Origin: Bacteroidia bacterium
Lineage (GTDB): Bacteria > Bacteroidota > Bacteroidia > M30B66
Length of the DNA stretch: 64,000 nt
NCBI GenBank assembly: GCA_046302715.1
Contig: JBKCHQ010000200.1
Span: 46-64,045 of the forward strand
Reading direction: 5' to 3'
Shown here: in pieces, positions 1 to 9,553 of the stretch
Layout of the letters: each line of letters starts with the position of its first letter
Numbering within the stretch: position 1 is the first letter of the stretch
Made by a program: the position numbers and the translations under genes
The notes under the pieces: generated by a model
Told to the model about the DNA's origin: nothing
Database searches by the model: none
The model's input: the letters and a program-made list of their open reading frames with translations, nothing else

Positions 1-1
1 T

Positions 2-1018
2 TTGCGTATCTACGGATATAACAACATAGAATTACCCAGTCAAATGCGTGTTACGCTGGCGCCTGAATCCAATCCCAATGCCGATGAATTATTTAAACGT
101 ATTTCGGCACATTTATGCGGAATGGGCTTTATGGAAGCGCTAAACAACTCGCTAACATCGCATGCTCTTACTTTATTACCAGATGATGCCGTTAAGATTG
201 CCAATCCGCTGAGCTCCGAACTCGATGCCTTGCGCATGAGTCTTTTACCGGCTTTGTTGGAAAATGTAGCCTGGAATAAAAATCGTCAGATTTCCACGGT
301 TAAATTTTTCGAAAAGGGCAAGATTTACAGAAAGAGCAATAATACCGATTCTAATGAGACGCCGTTTTTAAAACTACCATTTAAGGAGGTTACCTGCCTG
401 GCTCTTGTTTGGAGCGGTAAGGATTTTAGTGAGAATTGGGTCCAGAAACAGCAAAATGTTCAAAGGGCTCATTTGCAAGGTGCCGTTAATCATGTTTTTA
501 ACGTGTTGGGTATCGCCCCCGAATCACTTACACAAAAGCATGTAGAAGATGGGGAATTAGATGCCTCGGTTGAAATTTTTGCCTCAAGTCAAAGTTTAGC
601 CCGTGTAGGAAGTGTTAAACCATCACTTTTAAAGAAATTCGGTATTGAGGATTCTGTGTTTTTCGCTGAAATGAACTGGGACGCTATGCTTAAAAGCTAT
701 GCGAATGCCCGGATCGTTTATGCCGAAGTGCCAAAATATCCATCGGTACGTCGTGATTTGTCTATGGTGCTCGATGAGGCGGTAAGCTATGAGCAAATCC
801 GCACTGTGGCTCTTAAAACAGAACGTAAGCTGATTCGCGAAATAAATCTTTTTGATGTTTATCAGGGGGATAAATTACCTCATGGTAAAAAATCGTATGC
901 CGTATCGTTTGTTTTTAGAGATGATGAGCAAACACTAAATGATAAAATCATCGAGAAGATGATGGATAAAATTATTCAATCACTTCATCAGCAATTGGGC
1001 GCCGAGTTAAGAAACTAA
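2..1018 (+). CDS. pheT: Phenylalanine--tRNA ligase beta subunit, C-terminal part (5' end outside window)
   Basis: Open at the window start. The C-terminal FDX-ACB-like region (FDVYQGDKLPHGKKSYAVSFVFRDDEQTLNDKII) and B3/4-type motifs are typical of PheT. Stop at 1018. Confidence 0.85.
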   Translation: MRIYGYNNIELPSQMRVTLAPESNPNADELFKRISAHLCGMGFMEALNNSLTSHALTLLPDDAVKIANPLSSELDALRMSLLPALLENVAWNKNRQISTVKFFEKGKIYRKSNNTDSNETPFLKLPFKEVTCLALVWSGKDFSENWVQKQQNVQRAHLQGAVNHVFNVLGIAPESLTQKHVEDGELDASVEIFASSQSLARVGSVKPSLLKKFGIEDSVFFAEMNWDAMLKSYANARIVYAEVPKYPSVRRDLSMVLDEAVSYEQIRTVALKTERKLIREINLFDVYQGDKLPHGKKSYAVSFVFRDDEQTLNDKIIEKMMDKIIQSLHQQLGAELRN

Positions 1019-1044
1019 GGCCAGGAAGAAAGTAACTTTACATC

Positions 1045-2307
1045 CTATTGGTGTATTACCCTAAAGTATTTTTGTACATGTGCCGAGCGGCATTGGAGGG
1101 TATAAACACCTTGGGCAAATGGCGAAAAGTCGAGCGTGTAGTTTTGTTCCTCAATTTTCTGCTTGTGAACAATGGACCCTAAGCTATTGATTACTAAAAT
1201 TTCAAACCCCTTGTTTTGAGCAGCATTTATTTTAAGCCAGGAGGTGCAGGGATTTGGAAAGATATCGAACGTCGAACTTAGTTCAATTTTCGATGTTGGG
1301 GTGATGTCAAGTGCAATGGTTTGTTGCGTGGTGTCGCTGATGCCACAGGAGTCGGTAATAATTAGCGTGGTTGAATAATCCCCAGCGGCATTGAAGGTAT
1401 GTGTGATTGGATTTCCAAGAGCGGTTTCACCGTTTCCAAAATCCCAAAAATAACTTGCGCCTGGCATTTCACTCGCATTAAATTGTACATTCAATCCATT
1501 GGCAAGTATTGTAAAATCGGCAAACGGATCCCAACTTCCAATATTGCAATGCGCCTCATTTTCTAAAAAGGTTTGCCATGCAATGTTTTGCAAATATTCA
1601 GCCGTTGAGGTATTTAGTCCAGCATAATAGCTTAGCCCAACCGGTGATTTCCGCAGCATTGTAGCGTAAAAAACACAGGCACTTAGATAGCTACCGCTCA
1701 AACTGGGATGCGAATTATCGGCACTCCATAAATTAATGGTACTGTCGGTATCACGGCTTTTTTTCCAGGCCAAACCCACAGGCGCCATAATGGCTTCGTT
1801 ATCGTCGGCCATTTCCGAATACGATTCATTGAGGCGGTTATTCATACCTTCGAAAGTGCAAATGGGCGGATAATTGGCGCAATTTTGACTGTCGCCATAT
1901 TTGCGACCCCAGGTCATAAAAAATACCGTTTCTGTGCAGCTGTTGTTGGCACGAATCATACTGTCTAACGCTCGTGCGTAAGGATACGTTTGCGTTTCAA
2001 CCTGAAACGGGGGAAATGAAGGTTCTTGACTTTGAGCCTGCAGCACAACAAAATCCCATGTATTTGAATTTATTTTATTAATGGTGGTCGCATTGGTTGA
2101 GTGCCCTAAAAATGTATAGCCGCCGGGTGTGTTTGAGTCAAAAATTAGGGTGTCGCCGCCCGAAAGGGCGAGATTGTAGGTGAGTTGGGGCAGGTTATTG
2201 GTGGCTATGTAACTGTTTCCAATCCAAAGCACTGCATGGCTTTGCGCATTAACGCGTGTGGGCAATATAAAACCTGCAAATAATAAAATCAGCAATCGGG
2301 TTATCAT
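1045..2307 (-). CDS. Secreted SGNH/GDSL-like hydrolase with PKD domain and T9SS type A C-terminal sorting domain
   Basis: Start moved to the internal Met at 2307 (MITRLLILLFAGFILPTRVNAQ, signal peptide). This removes the overlap with the upstream regulator. A PKD-like segment is present (YFWDFGNGE...HTFNAAGDYSTTLIITDSCG). The C terminus (KIELSSTFDIFPNPCTSWLKI...YTLQC) matches the Por/T9SS type A CTD pattern. Confidence 0.6.
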   Translation of the reverse strand: MITRLLILLFAGFILPTRVNAQSHAVLWIGNSYIATNNLPQLTYNLALSGGDTLIFDSNTPGGYTFLGHSTNATTINKINSNTWDFVVLQAQSQEPSFPPFQVETQTYPYARALDSMIRANNSCTETVFFMTWGRKYGDSQNCANYPPICTFEGMNNRLNESYSEMADDNEAIMAPVGLAWKKSRDTDSTINLWSADNSHPSLSGSYLSACVFYATMLRKSPVGLSYYAGLNTSTAEYLQNIAWQTFLENEAHCNIGSWDPFADFTILANGLNVQFNASEMPGASYFWDFGNGETALGNPITHTFNAAGDYSTTLIITDSCGISDTTQQTIALDITPTSKIELSSTFDIFPNPCTSWLKINAAQNKGFEILVINSLGSIVHKQKIEEQNYTLDFSPFAQGVYTLQCRSAHVQKYFRVIHQ

Positions 2308-2311
2308 AATT

Positions 2312-3481
2312 TTAGCTTGCTTTATGAGGCCAAGCGTAGCAAAGCACATCATTCTTTGAAATTTTTTGTCCACCCAAAATTATCAATCGTTCGATTACAT
2401 TTCTGAATTCTCGAATATTGCCCGTCCAATCAAGCTCTTGGAGTGACTGTATGGCGTCGGTTTCAATTTCTTTAATCGGAATGCCGTACTCGGTACAAAT
2501 AAGGTTTAGGAAGTGTTCAGCCAAAAGGGGAATGTCGTCGATACGTTGGTTTAATGCCGGTACATCAACAATAATAACGCTTAAGCGGTGGTAGAGGTCT
2601 TCGCGGAAATTTCCTTTAGCAATTTCGTCTTTGAGATTTTTATTGGTAGCCGCAATAATGCGCACATCCACCGGAATTTCTTTTTCGCCCCCCACACGTG
2701 TGATTTTGTTTTCCTGCAAGGCGCGTAACACCTTGGCCTGAGCCGAAAGGCTCATATCTCCAATTTCATCTAAAAATAAGGTGCCACCATGTGCTAATTC
2801 AAACTGACCTTTGCGTTGCTTTATGGCCGATGTAAAGGCCCCTTTTTCGTGGCCGAATAATTCACTTTCAATAAGTTCGGATGGTATAGCAGCACAATTT
2901 ACCTCTATGAGAGGGTGAATATTTCGATTGCTCTTTTCGTGTATAAGCCTTGAAACAAGTTCTTTGCCTGTGCCGTTTGGCCCGGTAACCAATACGCGGG
3001 CATCGGTAGGAGCAATGCGCTCAATAATATCTTTTACCTTTTCTATGGAGGGCGATTTTCCTACCATTTCGGTCGTTTTATTAATTTTCTTCCGAAGAGT
3101 TTTGGTTTCCTGTATCAGCGTGGATTTATCGAGGGCATTACGAAGCGTAATCATCAGTCTATTGAGATCGAGGGGCTTGGCAATAAAGTCATAAGCCCCT
3201 TTTTTAATGCACTCTACTGCGGTTTCAATCGTTCCATGACCAGATATCATGATCACCGGACAATCCATGCCCATCTGGATGACCTTGTCGAGCAGTTCAG
3301 TGCCATCCATTCGAGGCATTTTAATATCGCTGAGCAGGATGTCGTAGCCTCCTTTTTGGATTTTTTCCCAACCTTCGGCGCCATCAACAGCTTCCTCTAC
3401 CTGATGTTTTTCGTATTCCAGAATCTCTTTGAGGGTGCTGCGGATGGCACGTTCGTCATCAACAATTAAAATTTTCGCCAT
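2312..3481 (-). CDS. Sigma-54-dependent response regulator (REC + AAA+ sigma-54 activator) lacking a C-terminal HTH
   Basis: N-terminal receiver (ILIVDDERAIRS...LLSDIKMPRMDG). Walker A (GPNGTGKE), GAFTGA-type motif (GHEKGAFTSA) and an AAA+ domain ending in GNIREFRNVIERLIIL. Only about 20 residues follow before the stop, so there is no room for a Fis-type HTH. Confidence 0.8.
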   Translation of the reverse strand: MAKILIVDDERAIRSTLKEILEYEKHQVEEAVDGAEGWEKIQKGGYDILLSDIKMPRMDGTELLDKVIQMGMDCPVIMISGHGTIETAVECIKKGAYDFIAKPLDLNRLMITLRNALDKSTLIQETKTLRKKINKTTEMVGKSPSIEKVKDIIERIAPTDARVLVTGPNGTGKELVSRLIHEKSNRNIHPLIEVNCAAIPSELIESELFGHEKGAFTSAIKQRKGQFELAHGGTLFLDEIGDMSLSAQAKVLRALQENKITRVGGEKEIPVDVRIIAATNKNLKDEIAKGNFREDLYHRLSVIIVDVPALNQRIDDIPLLAEHFLNLICTEYGIPIKEIETDAIQSLQELDWTGNIREFRNVIERLIILGGQKISKNDVLCYAWPHKAS

Positions 3482-3513
3482 ATGTTGAGAGGTTAAAAAT
3501 CAAAGTGTAAATA

Positions 3514-4449
3514 TCATGATTTAACCTTTTCTAAAAAGTCATAAAGTATTCCTTCTTTTAATGAATAGGTAGAAAGACGCATCTGTTCCAGTTTTAATTG
3601 CTTAAAAACAAAGCGAATCATGATTACAGCCACAACAATCATTTCTACCCGCATGGTAGCTAATCCTTTTATTTTAAAACGTTTCTCCACAGGCGATGCA
3701 ATGATGGTTTTATACATGGCCTCAAAATGGTTCAGGTTGAAATGATATTCGGTCTTAACCAGCGGATTTTCATCAGTATGGAATCGATGGTAGATCATCT
3801 CTGCCATGGAATCAAATGAGCCCGATGAACCGATGAGTGTTTTTACAGGAAATTTTTCGCAGGTTTCCCATAAAAGTTTCATTTCATCGAGCAGGTATGA
3901 TTTAAGGTGCTTGATTTCAGATTTTTCTATGGGCTCTGAAGGATTGATAACCTCCAGCAGCCTAGCTGCACCCAAGTTAAAACTGTGTTTCCAATAGATT
4001 TTATTTTGATCGGCGATGATAAATTCGGTTGATCCACCGCCAATATCCATAATTAAACACCGCTCGTTCCCAATATCAAGGGCTTTTCTAACGCCTCGGT
4101 AAATAAGTTCTGCCTCGCGATTGCCGCTTATAATTTCAATTTCGATATCCGTGATGGATTTTACCTTCCGCACAAATTCTTTCCCGTTTTTTGCACTTCG
4201 AATGGCCGAAGTGGCAAATGCCAGCACTTTTTCGGCGCCATGCCGGTCAATAGATTCTTTGTGGGTAATCATTGCCTTAATTCCTCGCAGAAACGGAGCA
4301 TGCGCAATCTGATTGTTATTGATTCCGCCCTCTCCGAGTTTTACGGGTATTTTTTCCTTGAACACAACTTTAAACTGTCCGTTTTCAGTTAAACGAACAA
4401 TCATGAGTTTGAAAGTGTTGGTACCAATATCGATTATGGCAAGTTTCAA
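3514..4449 (-). CDS. Ppx/GppA family phosphatase (exopolyphosphatase/guanosine pentaphosphate phosphohydrolase N-domain only)
   Basis: MKLAIIDIGTNTFKLMIV... actin-fold ATPase-like motifs (DIGGGSTEF) typical of Ppx/GppA. About 310 aa, single-domain form. Confidence 0.75.
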   Translation of the reverse strand: MKLAIIDIGTNTFKLMIVRLTENGQFKVVFKEKIPVKLGEGGINNNQIAHAPFLRGIKAMITHKESIDRHGAEKVLAFATSAIRSAKNGKEFVRKVKSITDIEIEIISGNREAELIYRGVRKALDIGNERCLIMDIGGGSTEFIIADQNKIYWKHSFNLGAARLLEVINPSEPIEKSEIKHLKSYLLDEMKLLWETCEKFPVKTLIGSSGSFDSMAEMIYHRFHTDENPLVKTEYHFNLNHFEAMYKTIIASPVEKRFKIKGLATMRVEMIVVAVIMIRFVFKQLKLEQMRLSTYSLKEGILYDFLEKVKS

Positions 4450-4524
4450 GGCGGCGGTCTTTTAAAATCGTTTCAATTTTACGCAATCGGCGCTTTTGAT
4501 TTTCTGATAGTTTTCAGCGAATTA

Positions 4525-5400
4525 TCAACGAAATGGAATCAATGTTTCGGCGATAAAAAATAGTCCATACAAGATGCTGGCAATCCCATTGGTAGTGCCA
4601 AAAGCCAGATTAACACGACTTAAATCATCGGGGCTCACGATAAGGTGTTGGTAGATAAGCATCAGCATAAAAACACCTGCGCCAATCCAGTAAAACACGC
4701 CCACATTCATATTAATTCCCAGAAAAATAATGCTACCAGCAGTAATAATATGCAGAAAAGTGGAAAGCAGGAGTGCATTTTTTGCGCCCAATGCCACAGG
4801 TATGCTACGCAAGTTTTGATTGCGGTCGAAGGCTTCGTCCTGCAAGGCATAAATAATATCAAACCCTGCCGTCCACGTGAGAACGGCGAGCGAGAGCAGG
4901 GTGGGATAAAATGCGAATTCGCCTGTAACTGCCAGATAGGCTCCCGTTGGGGCCAGCGCCAGTCCAAGACCTAACACAATGTGGCACCAGGCGGTAAAGC
5001 GTTTGGTGTAGCTGTATCCCAAAATTACAAGCAGCGCTACCGGCGATAGGTAAAAACATAATTTATTGATGAAAAATGCACACAGGCAAAAAAGAGCAGC
5101 ATTTAAAATTACATAAAACAATGCTCTGTTTGGAGCAATAATGCCGCTCGGAATTTCGCGCGTTGCGGTACGCGCATTTAATGCGTCGATGCGATAATCG
5201 GCATAGCGGTTAAATGCCATAGCTGCCGATCGGGCAAACACCATACATAATATCACCCCAAGCAAAAGGGTAGGCCAGTTTTCGGGAACATGATGTTGCG
5301 AGATGCCCATCACAAAACCGCAAAGTGCAAAGGGTAAGGCAAAAACGGTATGGCTGAATTTTATAAGCGAGAGGTAATTGCTAAGTGCCTGACGTATCAT
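4525..5400 (-). CDS. UbiA-family polyprenyltransferase (4-hydroxybenzoate polyprenyltransferase-like)
   Basis: Multi-TM protein with the UbiA signature (NRYADYRIDALNARTATREIPSG) and a second Asp-rich region (YALQDEAFD). Confidence 0.75.
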   Translation of the reverse strand: MIRQALSNYLSLIKFSHTVFALPFALCGFVMGISQHHVPENWPTLLLGVILCMVFARSAAMAFNRYADYRIDALNARTATREIPSGIIAPNRALFYVILNAALFCLCAFFINKLCFYLSPVALLVILGYSYTKRFTAWCHIVLGLGLALAPTGAYLAVTGEFAFYPTLLSLAVLTWTAGFDIIYALQDEAFDRNQNLRSIPVALGAKNALLLSTFLHIITAGSIIFLGINMNVGVFYWIGAGVFMLMLIYQHLIVSPDDLSRVNLAFGTTNGIASILYGLFFIAETLIPFR

Positions 5401-6017
5401 CGATTCATGCTCATCTCAAACGGCGTTCGGTTAAGAATAGAACGGCCCAAGGTTATTTCGTCGGTATATTCGAGCTCGTCGCCCACCGAAACTCCGCGGG
5501 CCAAAGTTGAGATTTCGACATTAGCGTCTTTAAGCTTCCTGAAAAGGTAAAAGTTAGTGGTGTCGCCTTCCATAGTAGCGCTTAAAGCAAGAATGATTTC
5601 ATCAATATCGTGGTTTGAAATACGATCGATGAGTGTTGTAATGTGTAAGTCTCCCGGGCCAGTGCCGTTCATGGGTGAAATTAATCCGCCAAGAACATGA
5701 TACACACCTTTGTATTGTCCGGTGCTTTCTATGGCCATCACATCACGTACATCTTCAACAACACAAATTTGTTTCTTATTGCGATTGTTGTCCAAACAAA
5801 TCATACAAACGGGCCTATCGGAAATATTATGGCACACTGAGCAGAAACAGATTTCTTCCCTCATTTTTTGAAAGGCCTGGGCAAAGCGGCCAACTTCTTC
5901 TTCGTTTCGTTGAAGTAGAGATAAAACAAGTCTTAATGCTGTTTTTCGACCAATGCCGGGGAGCGAAGCCATTTGATCAACCGCTTCCTGGACCAGTTTA
6001 GAGGGTAATTGCTGCAT
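5397..6017 (-). CDS. recR: Recombination protein RecR
   Basis: HhH (ASLPGIGRKTALRL), C4 zinc finger (CSVCHNISDRPVCMIC) and Toprim domain. 206 aa. 4-nt overlap with the downstream ubiA-like gene. Confidence 0.9.
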   Translation of the reverse strand: MQQLPSKLVQEAVDQMASLPGIGRKTALRLVLSLLQRNEEEVGRFAQAFQKMREEICFCSVCHNISDRPVCMICLDNNRNKKQICVVEDVRDVMAIESTGQYKGVYHVLGGLISPMNGTGPGDLHITTLIDRISNHDIDEIILALSATMEGDTTNFYLFRKLKDANVEISTLARGVSVGDELEYTDEITLGRSILNRTPFEMSMNR

Positions 6018-6119
6018 TGTTGCGAAGTTAGGCTTTTTAGGCTTGAAAAATACTATTCACACTCTTGGTTTAATAACGCATGAAATTCAACGTAGTTTAA
6101 CCAAAGGCGATTAATAGTT

Positions 6120-7598
6120 TTGGATATGCAAAATTCTCAACTGTCGGTTAGCCTTATTCTACTTCTTATCGGGGGCTATTTTCTAACACTAATGCTAATA
6201 TCGTGGTGGAAAAGCCGTAATGCCGGAACTGAAGATTATTTTTTGGGTGGCAAAGAGTCGCCTTGGTATTTGGTAGCCTTCGGTATGATTGGCGATTCAC
6301 TTTCAGGGGTAACGTTTGTTTCAGTGCCCGGTGAGGTTGGCATAAAGCACTTTGCCTACCTCCAGCTGGTTTTGGGATATTTAATAGGCTATCAGGTTAT
6401 TGCCAGAGTTTTGCTGCCGTTGTATTATAAAATGAACCTTACTTCAATTTATGCCTTTTTAGGCAGCCGTTTCGGAGGGCAAGCTCAGATAACGGGTTCG
6501 GTTTACTTTATTTTATCGCGCAGCATTGGTGCTGCTTTCAGACTATTTATTTCGGCCAATGTATTACAGATATTTTTGTTCGATCCGCTTGGTATTCCAT
6601 TTTCGCTTTCGGTGAGTTTGATCATTCTCCTCATTGTGCTTTACACGCTTAAGGGCGGTATACGATCGCTAGTTTGGACCGATACGTTTCAATCGTTGTT
6701 TCTGTTGTTGGGCGTTGTTTTAACCGCTGTGGCACTGATGCATAAATTAGATTGGAGCTTTACAGAAGCGGTATCTAACATTTATAACAGCAAGTACGCA
6801 GAGGTCTTTCATTGGGAGCCGTCTTCGAAGCTGTATTTTTGGAAACAATTTATTTCGGGGGCGTTTATTGCTATTGTAATGACCGGACTCGACCAAAATA
6901 TGATGCAAAAAAACCTAAGCTGCCGCACCCTTCCCGAAGCACAAAAAAACATTCAGTGGTTTAGTTTAATCGTGGTGTTAGTTAATGTGGTGTTTCTTTC
7001 GCTAGGCGCGCTTATGTACTTATACACAGATGCTGAAGGTCTGCAGTTGCCCGAAAAAACGGATGCAGTATTGCCCTTCTTAGTGTTGAATCATCTTGGT
7101 TATTTTGCGGCGGGGGTGTTTCTCTTGGGTATTATTGCTGCTACTTTTTCATCGGCCGATTCGGTACTTACTACGCTAACCACCTCTTTTTACTACGATA
7201 TACTTCATTTTGATACGGTAGCATCTACAGAGGTACACCGTAAAAAACGCATTCGCTCGCTCATTCATACGTGTTTTGCCGTTCTATTGCTGCTTATTAT
7301 CCTAATATTTAAGTCCATTAATAACGATTCGGTGATTTCAGGCATTTTTACTGCTGCAGGCTATACCTATGGCCCTTTGCTTGGCCTTTTTGCGTATGGC
7401 ATTTTGATGAAGCGCTCCGTTAACGATAAGTGGATTGCCCTGGTCTGTATTCTAGCTCCAATAATTAGTTGGGTACTTTCTGTCAATTCTGAACAATGGT
7501 TTGGAGGTTATCAAATTGGTTTCGAGCTTCTATTAATTAATGGGGCACTTACCTTCATAGGTCTAAACATAATTAGTAAACAATCGCCTGTGGATTAA
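6120..7598 (+). CDS. Sodium:solute symporter family transporter
   Basis: About 13 TM helices. N-terminal SSF-like region (FLGGKESPWYLVAFGMIGDSLSGVTFVSVPG). 492 aa. Confidence 0.75.
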   Translation: MDMQNSQLSVSLILLLIGGYFLTLMLISWWKSRNAGTEDYFLGGKESPWYLVAFGMIGDSLSGVTFVSVPGEVGIKHFAYLQLVLGYLIGYQVIARVLLPLYYKMNLTSIYAFLGSRFGGQAQITGSVYFILSRSIGAAFRLFISANVLQIFLFDPLGIPFSLSVSLIILLIVLYTLKGGIRSLVWTDTFQSLFLLLGVVLTAVALMHKLDWSFTEAVSNIYNSKYAEVFHWEPSSKLYFWKQFISGAFIAIVMTGLDQNMMQKNLSCRTLPEAQKNIQWFSLIVVLVNVVFLSLGALMYLYTDAEGLQLPEKTDAVLPFLVLNHLGYFAAGVFLLGIIAATFSSADSVLTTLTTSFYYDILHFDTVASTEVHRKKRIRSLIHTCFAVLLLLIILIFKSINNDSVISGIFTAAGYTYGPLLGLFAYGILMKRSVNDKWIALVCILAPIISWVLSVNSEQWFGGYQIGFELLLINGALTFIGLNIISKQSPVD

Positions 7599-7838
7599 AT
7601 TTTGCGGTTTTGTCATTCGGGATTAGCGTATGTCCACTTGCTTTTATACGGTATAATAAGTTTATATAAAAATCAATAAGTATACAAAAAATACATAAAA
7701 AATAAAATAATCTACTTTGTGAATTCGTAAGTGTAAAGGGATGTAGTCTCTGTTTCGTACGAGGCACTTTATCACAAGTTAGAAATAAAGAAAATTAGGT
7801 AAGCACGTAATTCTGGGGCAAAATACCTTGCAGCCCGA

Positions 7839-8300
7839 ATGATTGTACGTAAGGCAAATATTAGTGAGATTCCGGCTGTAGTTTCGGTGTTTGTGGCATC
7901 GGTGGAGGGGTTAACAGAGGTTTTATCGGTTCAACATGCAGCCGCATGGATATCGGGAGTGCTGCGTCAATCGTATTGGCAGGAGTTGCTGCGCTCACAT
8001 TATGTAGCAGTTTGTTACGATGGTGATGCTATTGTTGGGTTTGTTGCTTTTTCGGGGATGGGCGAATTGTCTATGCTGTATGTAACACCCAGCCATCAGC
8101 GGCAAGGAATTGGTTCTCGATTAATTAACCATGTTAGGCATCATGCAATTGAAGAAGGGTATGCCCATCTTAAAATTTACGCTAACAACTACATCCATGC
8201 ATTGCTTACCAAGCATGGTTTCGAAAAAATGGACGACTTTACCCGAACCATTAAGGGTGTAGAATTTCAGCTTAATTTATACATGGCCGATTTAATTTAA
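7839..8300 (+). CDS. GNAT family N-acetyltransferase
   Basis: Acetyl-CoA binding motif (HQRQGIGSRLINH). 153 aa. Confidence 0.6.
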   Translation: MIVRKANISEIPAVVSVFVASVEGLTEVLSVQHAAAWISGVLRQSYWQELLRSHYVAVCYDGDAIVGFVAFSGMGELSMLYVTPSHQRQGIGSRLINHVRHHAIEEGYAHLKIYANNYIHALLTKHGFEKMDDFTRTIKGVEFQLNLYMADLI

Positions 8301-8332
8301 TCGAAAATTGGTTAAGCGAAGAGAGTTCAGGA

Positions 8333-8968
8333 TTATTTCTTTAGTTTATTCCCAAACGCCTTTTTAAATTTTTCAACCTTAGGTCTAACTACCATGCGAC
8401 AGTATCCTTGATCGGGGTTTAAGGCGTAGTAGTTTTGATGATAGTCTTCTGCTTTATAAAACTTCCCATCAAAAGCAGTTATCTCAGTTACAATTGGACG
8501 TTGAAATGCCCCCGAAGCGTCAAGTTGTTTTTTATAGTATTCGGCTTTTTCGCGCTGAGTTTCGCTGATGTAAAAGATAGCCGATCTGTATTGGCTGCCT
8601 ACATCTGCGCCCTGCCTGTTTAAAGTGGTAGGGTCATGAGTTTGCCAGAACACTTCTAATATTTCATCGAAAGTTACTTTCGATGGGTCAAATACAACTC
8701 GTGCAACTTCGGCATGTCCGGTAGTCCCGCTGCACACCGATTTGTAATCGGGATTTATAGTTTTTCCTCCAGTATAACCCGATTCAACTTCCAGAACGCC
8801 TTCCATTTCCTGAAAAATGGCTTCAACGCACCAAAAGCAACCTGCACCCAAAATGGCCGTGTCTTTTATCTCTGTGTTCCCTTCCATGGTGTTGTGTGTA
8901 TTATTAACGCCAGTATTAAAACAGCCACTTAAAATACTGCCTAAAATAATGGAGTGTAAAATGTTCAT
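8333..8968 (-). CDS. msrA: Peptide methionine sulfoxide reductase MsrA, lipoprotein/secreted form
   Basis: Active-site GCFWCVEAIF motif. N-terminal signal peptide with a Cys (ILGSILSGCFN) suggests lipoprotein export. Confidence 0.85.
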   Translation of the reverse strand: MNILHSIILGSILSGCFNTGVNNTHNTMEGNTEIKDTAILGAGCFWCVEAIFQEMEGVLEVESGYTGGKTINPDYKSVCSGTTGHAEVARVVFDPSKVTFDEILEVFWQTHDPTTLNRQGADVGSQYRSAIFYISETQREKAEYYKKQLDASGAFQRPIVTEITAFDGKFYKAEDYHQNYYALNPDQGYCRMVVRPKVEKFKKAFGNKLKK

Positions 8969-9013
8969 CGTCTGTTATTGCTGACTTTCTAACAAAAAAG
9001 ATCACGCTTTGTT

Positions 9014-9553
9014 TCATTCTTCATGGATCGAAATTTCTGAATCAATGGTTTTGGGAGGCGTTTGATAACTTGCCTTCAGTATCGAATCCAGCGTATTTAA
9101 ACGAATTTTCATATCTGCCTGCCTTTGGTTCTGCCCAATGTAACCATTAATACGGCCTATGGGATATTTACAAACTAGAACAGATTGCCATTGAATATTA
9201 CAACCGCCATCGGTTGCTACGAGTTGGATGGTTTCTATAGATTCGATATTTGTCAGGAAGCCTTTTTCAATCCTCTTTGCAGTGCAGTGGCCGCCCCAAT
9301 CATTAGCTTTTGAAACTATACTGGTTTCGTTTTCGCTAGTGTCATTTATCCAGTGGTTCCAATGGGACTTGTTCTGAAAAAAATGCTTACAGGAGTCGTA
9401 TGGAATTTCGGTTTCTATAGCATCACGAAGCCTGCGCTTTTCGGGTAATACGTAAATTATAATTGCGCCTAATGATATCAAAATCAAAGCAATATAAAGC
9501 AGTTTTTTCATGGCTTTACTTTCAATAGCTGAATAAACAGACCTTAATTTCAA
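9014..9553 (-). CDS. Hypothetical small membrane-anchored/secreted Cys-containing protein
   Basis: N-terminal TM/signal segment (KKLLYIALILISLGAIIIYVL). No recognisable catalytic motif. 4-nt overlap with the upstream lipid kinase gene suggests translational coupling. Confidence 0.4.
   Translation of the reverse strand: MKLRSVYSAIESKAMKKLLYIALILISLGAIIIYVLPEKRRLRDAIETEIPYDSCKHFFQNKSHWNHWINDTSENETSIVSKANDWGGHCTAKRIEKGFLTNIESIETIQLVATDGGCNIQWQSVLVCKYPIGRINGYIGQNQRQADMKIRLNTLDSILKASYQTPPKTIDSEISIHEE

Noticed and set aside
2928-3469. Plus-strand ORFs of 88 and 77 aa inside the sigma-54 activator gene, and similar small antisense ORFs inside ubiA, the histidine kinase and cytochrome genes
   Set aside because: They are antisense to strongly supported coding frames and have no motifs or plausible starts.
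7599-7838. 240-bp AT-rich intergenic stretch upstream of the GNAT gene, considered as a possible insertion remnant or sRNA
   Set aside because: No inverted or direct repeats, no ORF and no tRNA-like fold were seen by eye. It contains a near-match to the -7 element (TACTTTG at ~7713) and is more simply a promoter/UTR region.
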